Source of the DNA: Candidatus Hydrogenedentota bacterium
GTDB taxonomy: Bacteria; Hydrogenedentota; Hydrogenedentia; Hydrogenedentales; SLHB01
Length of the DNA: 64,000 bases
Assembly: GCA_963674865.2 (NCBI GenBank)
Contig: CAXXYE010000011.1
Location: 128,001-192,000 of the forward strand
Direction: 5' to 3'
In this document: positions 59,224 through 64,000 of the stretch, in pieces
Numbering within the stretch: position 1 is the first letter of the stretch
Layout: every line of letters starts with the position of its first letter
Notes under the pieces: model-generated
What the model was told of the DNA's origin: nothing
Seen by the model: only the letters and a program-made list of their open reading frames with translations
The model's database searches: none
Made by a program: the position numbers and the translations under genes

Positions 59224-61302
59224 TTGGGCGGCGAACACCAGGAGCGAACGTTCACTATCCCCTGCCCGAACTGCGGCGGCCGACTCAGGATCCTTGAAAG
59301 GCACGCGGGCAGGCCTGGGAAGTGCGTTCAGTGTGGCGGAAGCTTCACGGCTGTCCCGGGGCACGGCGCAACTCCTGACTCGTCGCCACCGTCCCGCTGG
59401 AAGCGCATTTTCGGCGGGAAGCGTGCCGCAGTTGCCGTCCTCTTACTTGCCGGCGTCTCGGTGCTCTGCGCTCTCGTGTTCTTCGCCGCTGTTGGCAGAA
59501 CCCAAGACGCCACGCCGGCTCGAACGCTGGCAAAACCAGCAGTGTCCGAAGGAGGCCAGAGTGGCGAAGCCCAAGGGGCCAAGGCGCCGGAATCCCAATC
59601 GGCTCTCCCGGAGCATGTCATCATGGACCCGAGCGGGGATGCGTCGCCGGGTGCGCCTGGACATGTGGATATTCAGCGGCTTGCGGTGAAACAGTCGGGA
59701 TCAAACATCCTGTTCAAATGGGATTTGGGCGGCAACCCTCGGGAGAACGAACGCCAGTATTACTTCCTTGCGTTCGACACGGATCTCGACGCAGGAACCG
59801 GACAGCGTTGGGGCGATGTCGGGGCCGAACTCAAAGTGCGCATCCACAGCGCGGCAGACTTGGTGTATTTCACGCCCCGCGGCGAAGTGTTCAAGGAGAT
59901 ACTCGGTCGGCCAGTTAGTTTTGACAGGCACAGCATATACCTTTCATTGAAGCGAGAGGACATACCGGCCTGTCGGTTTCGACTCTATTTCGAGTCTTCC
60001 GGGGAGACGCCCTACGCCGATCGCGGTTCAACCACGACACTCGAGCTTGACGCCGCCGCGTCCGATGCTCGTCTTGTGGTAGAGGCCGACGGAATCGTTT
60101 TGAAGGCCGCTCCCCCGCTCATCAACATTCCCCAACGAGGCGAATCCGTTCAGCTTCATTGCTCCGTCGAGGCCGCGGGAGGCAGGACCCTCCTGTCACC
60201 GGAGCAGGTGGAATACGAGGTCTTCCACCCCGTTCAGAAACCCGGCCTCGGCTCGGCTTCGTCCGTCATTTCCGTGGATCAGAATGGCATGGCGCGCTAC
60301 CACAAGGAAGGTTTTGTCTTTGTCCGTGCGCGCCTCAACGATTTCTCCCTGATGTCGGAGCGCGTCATCATTGCAACGGGAACAGTCTTGGGGAATCCCG
60401 GAAAGGATCGCGTGATAGGCGTGTTTCCGCTGGACTATGTGCCCAGTGGCTCTCAGCACTCCTTCGGGTGGATGGTTGAACACTATCCGGATTTCATCAC
60501 CACCCTCAACACGGCCTATGACGTCACAAGTGAACTCTACGCAGGTTTCAGGCCGTTTGGCGGAGAGACTCAAGTCCTTGCCTTGCTCATCCTCGATAGG
60601 CACTGTGGAGGCAACAACAACCCTCTCGAGACAGCGCCCTCCGGCTACATGGAGCCGGCGCGCGGCACGCCACAGTATACGCTCATCATGCACGAGCTAG
60701 GGCACAACTTCGCTCTTTCCCAAGGTATGTGTCGACTATTGCAGGCGAATGGCGGGAAGCTCGCCAGGGCCGGACTTGCCGAAGCCGTCGCTTCCCTACC
60801 CGTCATCTACATCGCTCGCGAGTTCCAGCGCCGGCCCGAGTCCTACGGCATCTCAAGAGACTCCTTCGAATGGCAGTACTTCGATCAGTTCCTCCAGCGC
60901 GACATTCCCTACGCGCGAAACCAGTTGGCCGAGTTCGAGGGACTCATCTCCAGGGGGAAGGCCAAAGGGCTCTCTGACGGCAATGCCCCCTTTGACCACG
61001 TCGCCGCCTTCGCGGCCATCTTCCAGATGCATTCCTACGGATTCGCGGACGAGCCGAGTCCACATGGCAATCAAATGATACGTCGCTTCCTTGGCCTGTT
61101 CGGCGGCCGCGAACTCGCGGACTTTGACGGCCTCAAGGTCGAAACCTACTTCGCGGCGGCGTACTGCCACGCCGCCGGACTGGACATGAGAGGCCGCCTC
61201 AGGTTCTGGGGCTTCGTAGTCGATGACATCTACTTCGACAGACTGAGCCATACCATGGATCGAGGCCCGTCAGGCCTCGGTTCGCCGCATGCCGGCAGAT
61301 GA
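59224..61302 (+). CDS. Membrane-anchored protein: zinc ribbon, TM helix and HEXXH metallopeptidase-like domain
   Basis: CPNC..CVQC, hydrophobic helix, MHELGHNF with a downstream Glu; AGGAGG before TTG. Confidence 0.65.
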   Translation: MGGEHQERTFTIPCPNCGGRLRILERHAGRPGKCVQCGGSFTAVPGHGATPDSSPPSRWKRIFGGKRAAVAVLLLAGVSVLCALVFFAAVGRTQDATPARTLAKPAVSEGGQSGEAQGAKAPESQSALPEHVIMDPSGDASPGAPGHVDIQRLAVKQSGSNILFKWDLGGNPRENERQYYFLAFDTDLDAGTGQRWGDVGAELKVRIHSAADLVYFTPRGEVFKEILGRPVSFDRHSIYLSLKREDIPACRFRLYFESSGETPYADRGSTTTLELDAAASDARLVVEADGIVLKAAPPLINIPQRGESVQLHCSVEAAGGRTLLSPEQVEYEVFHPVQKPGLGSASSVISVDQNGMARYHKEGFVFVRARLNDFSLMSERVIIATGTVLGNPGKDRVIGVFPLDYVPSGSQHSFGWMVEHYPDFITTLNTAYDVTSELYAGFRPFGGETQVLALLILDRHCGGNNNPLETAPSGYMEPARGTPQYTLIMHELGHNFALSQGMCRLLQANGGKLARAGLAEAVASLPVIYIAREFQRRPESYGISRDSFEWQYFDQFLQRDIPYARNQLAEFEGLISRGKAKGLSDGNAPFDHVAAFAAIFQMHSYGFADEPSPHGNQMIRRFLGLFGGRELADFDGLKVETYFAAAYCHAAGLDMRGRLRFWGFVVDDIYFDRLSHTMDRGPSGLGSPHAGR

Positions 61303-61608
61303 GCAGGCGCGCTCGAGCTTGCGCTCTAAGGTTTCTCACAGAAACGCAGCATCGCGGGCAGGCAACGCGCTGCGCCCCCGGCCCAAACGGTGCATGACTC
61401 TTCACTTAGACTCGCTTGTCGCGCCAGCCGACACCCCGGCTCTCGATTCTGCCGAAGAGCCCCCCGCCGACATCAGGAATTCCCGGCCGAATGACGCCGT
61501 TTCGGGAGTATGGATTGCATGATCCTGTGTCGCCCCGTCTTATCCGACAATGGCGAGCCATCGAGGCCGCCTTCGGCGGGGTGGGGGACGCGAAAGGAGC
61601 GTTAGGGA

Positions 61609-62580
61609 ATGCCTATGCAGGCGGTGGTATACAGCAGGTTCGGGCCTCCCGAGGTCCTCGAGGTGAAGGAGGTGGCGAGGCCGGTTCCCAAGGATAATGA
61701 GGTGCTGGTGCGGATTCATGCGACGGCCGTCGTGAATGAGGATCCGGGAATGCGCCGCTCGCCGGGCCTGAACGGCTTCGTTGAGCCGAAGCACCCGATA
61801 CTGGGCCAGGAACTGGCGGGGGAGGTCGAATCGGTAGGCAGGAGCGTGACGCGATTCGAGGCGGGCGACGAAGTCTACGGGGAAACCGGGATGCGCCTGG
61901 GCACCTATGCCCAGTACACCTGCATGCCGGAAGACGGGGCGCTGGCGCTCAAACCTGCGAATCTGAGTTATGAGGAAGCCGCCGCCATTCCCAACGGGGC
62001 ATTGACGGCCCTGGCCTTCCTCAGGGACAAGGCGCGCATCCGCAGCGGACAGGAAGTCCTCATCCATGGCGCTTCCGGCGCCGTCGGCACCGCCGCAGTG
62101 CAGCTTGCAAAGTACTTCGGGGCGGAGGTGACGGGCGTGTGCAGCACGGCCAATCTGGAACTGGTGCAATCCCTTGGCGCCGATAGAGTTATCGACTACA
62201 CGAAAGGGGACTTCACCAAGGCCGGCCGCACCTGCGACATCATCTTCAGCACGGTGGGCAAGACCTCATTCACGCGCTGCAAAGGCTTGCTGAAGCAGCG
62301 GGGCATCTACCTCGCGACGGTGCTCACGCCGGGCATTGTCCTCCAAACGCTCTGGACTTCGATGGTAGGCGGCAAGAAGGCGCTCATCACGTTCGCGGGA
62401 TTGAAGAAGCCGCGCGAAAAGGCCAAAGACCTTGCCTTTCTGAACAGACTCATCGAGGCGGGGGACATGAGGCCCGTCATCGACAGGCGCTATCCCTTGG
62501 ACGAGATCGCCGAGGCCCACAGGTACGTCGCCAAAGGCCACAAACGGGGCAACGTCGTCATCACCGTGAACCACAAATGA
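61609..62580 (+). CDS. NAD(P)-dependent MDR oxidoreductase (quinone-reductase-like)
   Basis: VLIHGASGAVGTAAVQLAK, LGADRVIDY, PVIDRRYPL..IAEAHRY. Confidence 0.92.
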   Translation: MPMQAVVYSRFGPPEVLEVKEVARPVPKDNEVLVRIHATAVVNEDPGMRRSPGLNGFVEPKHPILGQELAGEVESVGRSVTRFEAGDEVYGETGMRLGTYAQYTCMPEDGALALKPANLSYEEAAAIPNGALTALAFLRDKARIRSGQEVLIHGASGAVGTAAVQLAKYFGAEVTGVCSTANLELVQSLGADRVIDYTKGDFTKAGRTCDIIFSTVGKTSFTRCKGLLKQRGIYLATVLTPGIVLQTLWTSMVGGKKALITFAGLKKPREKAKDLAFLNRLIEAGDMRPVIDRRYPLDEIAEAHRYVAKGHKRGNVVITVNHK

Positions 62581-62605
62581 TCCGCCCGAGGCCCGTGCGT
62601 TCTTG

Positions 62606-62658
62606 GACAGGATAGACGAGATTTTCAAGATTTCTGCGTTGAATCCTGCGATCCTGTC
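62606..62658. repeat. Degenerate REP-like inverted repeat
   Basis: GACAGGAT (62606-62613) ... ATCCTGTC (62651-62658) with internal ~9-bp degenerate units. Confidence 0.45.
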
Positions 62659-62812
62659 AAGCGACTGCCCGAGACTCTGCCAGGGCCTTTCCTCAACGTG
62701 TGCTATGCTGCTGCGAGCCAGGCCGGGGGAATCTGTGCAGTCAGTGCACGACCGCCATTTCCGTCGCAGTTGCGCGGCTGCTGGCCGGCTGCAGGGAAGA
62801 CGAGGAAGAGAG

Positions 62813-63133
62813 ATGCTTCATTTCGGCAAGGATGGACAGGCTGTCAAGGGATGGTTCGCGGGGCCGTGGAACTCCGGCCTTCCCGTTGCCGTTGGATACG
62901 CGAATGCGGGCGTGGATGAACGGCACTACCATGCCGAGATGTATGAAGTCTACTTGGTTGCGCAGGGCAAGAGCACGGCCATCGTTGATGGCCAAACGGT
63001 GATGCTGGAAGCAGGAGGCGTGCTGATCGTCGAGCCAGGCGAGGTCCACACCTTCGTCGAGAGCACGCCTGATTACTATCACTTCGTCATTCACACACCC
63101 TTCGTCAAAGGGGACAAGCACTGCACACAGTGA
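62813..63133 (+). CDS. Cupin-domain protein
   Basis: HYH...E.YLV..G and PGEVH motifs. Confidence 0.85.
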   Translation: MLHFGKDGQAVKGWFAGPWNSGLPVAVGYANAGVDERHYHAEMYEVYLVAQGKSTAIVDGQTVMLEAGGVLIVEPGEVHTFVESTPDYYHFVIHTPFVKGDKHCTQ

Positions 63134-63484
63134 GGCAGGCGTCGTGGGCCTTTGCCAACTCCACAGCCCGATTCGCCGGCAGGTTGCGGTGAATGAGTCC
63201 GAGTCTGTGTCCGTCCTGGCCTACTTTGCAGCCGCGTTTCACACAGGCCGACAGATACGGCTCGCGAGGCACGAGCGAACGCATCGATAGGTCGAGCGCT
63301 TGTGCTCGCTGGTGAGGAGGCAAGCCAGAACGAGGTCCTCGTCCGCCTGCTTCCGGCCAACGATACCGAGTTGGTTCAGAATCATGGTACTATCCCCCTC
63401 ATTCCCAAGAAGCCCGCACCACGCAGGTTTTCATCTTGTATGGATTTGGTTGTGGCGCAATGAAAGCACAGATGGAGCTGAAGA

Positions 63485-63844
63485 GTGAGACCGAGAGATG
63501 TCGTGAAGGAGTTTATTTCCGCATTCAATAATGCTGATGTGGTTGCTCTAAGTGACCTATATGCTGAAGACGCTGTTAACCATCAAGTGGCCGAGGAGCC
63601 TGTGAAGGGCCGCGAGGCTATACGCAAGATGTTTCAAGACGAGTTTGCCCGGGCGAAGATGACCTGTATTGTCGAGAACATATTTGAAGACGGGGAATGG
63701 GGCATGTTGGAGTGGCGTGACTCCCTTGGCTTACGGGGATGCGGCTTTTTCCATGTGGTTGACGGAAAGATAAAACTCCAGAGAGGATATTGGGACAAAC
63801 TGTCCTTCCTAAGGCAACAGGGGTTGCCACTGCCTCAAGAATGA
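63485..63844 (+). CDS. SnoaL/NTF2-like protein
   Basis: AFN.AD...LYAEDA, GREAIR, GKI..QRGYWD. Confidence 0.85.
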   Translation: MRPRDVVKEFISAFNNADVVALSDLYAEDAVNHQVAEEPVKGREAIRKMFQDEFARAKMTCIVENIFEDGEWGMLEWRDSLGLRGCGFFHVVDGKIKLQRGYWDKLSFLRQQGLPLPQE

Positions 63845-64000
63845 GCGACAGTGATCCGACCGCCATGACTGACGCTATCGTATGTCTCAAATCGCCGCGT
63901 GGATGCATAGTGACCCACTAAGAATCCAAGAGAGGACAACTTGAATGATGGACCTAGTCTTTGAGCTGCCTATGGATGAAGAGAGGTTGAGACAGAGGCT

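Noticed and set aside
57963..64000. A fourth island beyond att core 4
   Set aside because: There are junction-type motifs at 57962, 58042 and ~58936, but no further att core or integrase in the window, so no boundary can be set

Overview
GC-rich bacterial sequence that appears to be two unrelated segments joined at about 12,437. The left segment (1 to ~12.4 kb) has Planctomycete-style genes: two M14 carboxypeptidases, an ECF sigma factor with a probable anti-sigma factor, beta-propeller, DUF4838-like and DUF3604-like secreted proteins, and a truncated flgE. Small indels accumulate towards its right end and look like sequencing errors. The right segment has no such frameshifts in its core genes: an EPS/glycosylation cluster, yqeY, a full Pho locus (pstS, porin, pstCAB, phoU, phoBR), lemA-htpX, a PaaI thioesterase and a PKD/beta-helix lipoprotein. 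Next comes tmRNA (34636-34990), followed by a tandem array of at least three islands bounded by copies of the tmRNA 3' end (34968, 41537, 47404, and a degenerate copy at 57945). Only the middle island encodes a tyrosine integrase, and its ORF reads through its own att site. Islands 1 and 3 carry paralogous copies of one module: an IS630-derived HTH protein divergent, across a colinear 196-bp spacer, from a ParB-N/DNA-methyltransferase fusion with a non-canonical GPP(Y/C) motif, followed by SPL-like radical SAM enzymes, three of four with beta-clamp-type motifs. A different IS cleanly interrupts each MTase gene (IS4/IS10-like and IS21). This module is the best candidate for an undescribed DNA-modification, repair or defence system. 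All family assignments are from motif recognition only; no searches were run.
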